47,144 bases of DNA from a virus: positions 1-47,144 of IMG/VR virus record IMGVR_UViG_3300045988_159385, one strand, 5' to 3'. A program made the position numbers and the translations under genes. The notes under the pieces were generated by a model. It was given only the letters and a program-made list of their open reading frames with translations. It was not told the origin of the DNA and searched no databases. Below, in pieces: positions 46,322-47,144 of the stretch (within the stretch, counting starts at the first letter, position 1; the number at the start of each line of letters is the position of its first letter).

Positions 46322-46615
46322 TTATTCCTTTATGTTGAAATTCATATCCCCACTGCCATCCATTTCAACTGTCATAGTTGCACATTTTTCATCATCTCTT
46401 CTTTTAGAAAATATCTTATTTGCTAAGTCAACCATTTCTAATAAAATTTTAGCATTGTTGTAATCTGCTTCTGTTAATAGTGTTTCCCCACACTTAGGAC
46501 ACTTTACATTAACCCACTTTTCATAGTCCTTAGCATCTATACTCATATCTACATAATCACACGTTGGATTATCACATTTTAATCCACCCATATTAATTTC
46601 TAAAGCATTTTTCAT
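46322..46615 (-). CDS. Zinc-ribbon protein (97 aa)
   Basis: CDNPTC...CPKCGE with GGAGGA SD. Confidence 0.45.
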   Translation of the reverse strand: MKNALEINMGGLKCDNPTCDYVDMSIDAKDYEKWVNVKCPKCGETLLTEADYNNAKILLEMVDLANKIFSKRRDDEKCATMTVEMDGSGDMNFNIKE

Positions 46616-46646
46616 CTTTAAATCCTCCTGTATACTTTGTAATATA

Positions 46647-46820
46647 TTTAAACTATGCTGTTATTTTTCTTTCTTTTTATTAAAGCATTTTCAGAACCAA
46701 AAATGCTTATGAAACCATTTTTCTCTAAAACTTTAATATCTCTATCTTCGCTTATTTCTATAACCTTACCAACTGCACCAGTTATTTTACTCTGAACTTC
46801 ATCTCCTAAATTAATTTCCA
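46647..46820 (-). CDS. Small hypothetical protein (57 aa, MEINLGDEVQSKITGAVGKV...)
   Basis: AGGTGA SD; below the track cutoff. Confidence 0.35.
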
Positions 46821-46837
46821 TAATTCACCTATATTTA

Positions 46838-46866
46838 ACTTGCAATATACTTGAATTGTTCGCTAC
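46838..46866 (-). promoter_or_regulatory. Conserved motif copy
   Basis: CTTGCAATATACTTGAATTGTTCGCTACT. Confidence 0.5.
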
Positions 46867-47042
46867 TTGTTAACTTTTCTATTATCAAAATTAGTAACCT
46901 TATTTATATTAATTTCTTTTGAAATACCTGGTTGCTTATTTATTAAATCTTCTAAGCAGTCTATAATATCTACTTGTTGCATATATTCTAAATCCATTTC
47001 TTTTATTTCTTTCAATAACTTATCGCCATCAATAATTTTCAT
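46863..47042 (-). CDS. Small hypothetical protein (about 59 aa)
   Basis: SD-supported ATG at 47040-47042. Motif copy at 47058-47085. Confidence 0.4.
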   Translation of the reverse strand: MKIIDGDKLLKEIKEMDLEYMQQVDIIDCLEDLINKQPGISKEININKVTNFDNRKVNK

Positions 47043-47057
47043 ATTAAATCGTCCTTT

Positions 47058-47085
47058 CATTCACAATATATTCAAATTGTTCTGT
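47058..47085 (-). promoter_or_regulatory. Conserved motif copy
   Basis: CATTCACAATATATTCAAATTGTTCTGT. Confidence 0.5.
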
Positions 47086-47101
47086 TAAAATTTATCTTTT
47101 A

Positions 47102-47144
47102 ATTAAAAATTAAACTCCCAAGTATAAAGTTTCATTAAATCTTC
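47102..47144 (-). CDS. 3' end of the gene that starts at 577 (continuation across the circular junction)
   Basis: ...EDLMKLYTWEFNF* with stop at 47102-47104. Positions 47117-47144 are identical to 1-28. Confidence 0.55.

Noticed and set aside
47102-47144. Third copy of the paralog gene at the right edge
   Set aside because: It is better explained as the same gene that starts at 577 continuing across the circular junction, since the terminal 28 nt are identical, than as an independent third paralog.
1-47144. Integrase or attachment-site search
   Set aside because: No ORF shows tyrosine- or serine-recombinase motifs, and no tRNA-like sequence was recognised by eye. The absence is treated as supporting the plasmid lifestyle but was not verified computationally.

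Overview
The window is AT-rich (about 27-30% GC) and looks like a near-complete temperate siphovirus genome from a low-GC Firmicute, probably Clostridium-like. It appears to be a circular extrachromosomal phage-plasmid rather than an integrated prophage, for four reasons. First, the first 28 nt (1-28) are identical to the last 28 nt (47117-47144). Second, a minus-strand gene runs off the left edge and finishes at the right edge. Third, no integrase or recombinase ORF is present. Fourth, a ParMRC-type actin-like partition cassette (13848-15508) is present.

Layout. One long minus-strand transcription direction runs from a divergent genetic switch at about 10340 through early, replication and late modules. 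The early region covers 10300 down to 600 and wraps to 47100 down to 45996, carrying ERF, SSB and more than 25 mini-genes, many of them Cys-rich zinc ribbons. Next come the ERCC4-like nuclease, a Panacea-domain protein and the primase/P-loop fusion (45985 down to 42257). An ArpU/RinA-like late activator follows at 41415-41897. The packaging and morphogenesis block spans 40761 down to 20135: TerS, an HTH-GIY-YIG endonuclease, TerL, portal, Mu-F/gp7, scaffold, capsid, connector proteins, tail tube, a chaperone pair with overlapping frames, tape measure, Dit, Tal and three fibre or receptor-binding genes. It ends with a BhlA/UviB-like holin and a GH24 endolysin (20060 down to 19037). The plus-strand block (10452-18804) carries three XRE regulators, the ParM/ParR cassette with parC repeats, a second GIY-YIG endonuclease and a run of small acidic proteins.

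Notable extras. An IS3-family element with the A_AAA_AAG frameshift sits at 3837-5066. A dyad-symmetric motif of about 25 nt is reiterated more than 20 times in front of small genes on both strands. A 38-nt direct repeat brackets the terminase cassette. An iteron array with an AT-rich core lies at 40946-41236. A GC-rich structured non-coding island lies between terS and the homing endonuclease. A remnant pseudogene marks a probable inversion. The Panacea protein overlaps the nuclease ORF, which makes a candidate toxin-antitoxin pair. All functional calls rest on motif recognition by eye; no database searches were run.
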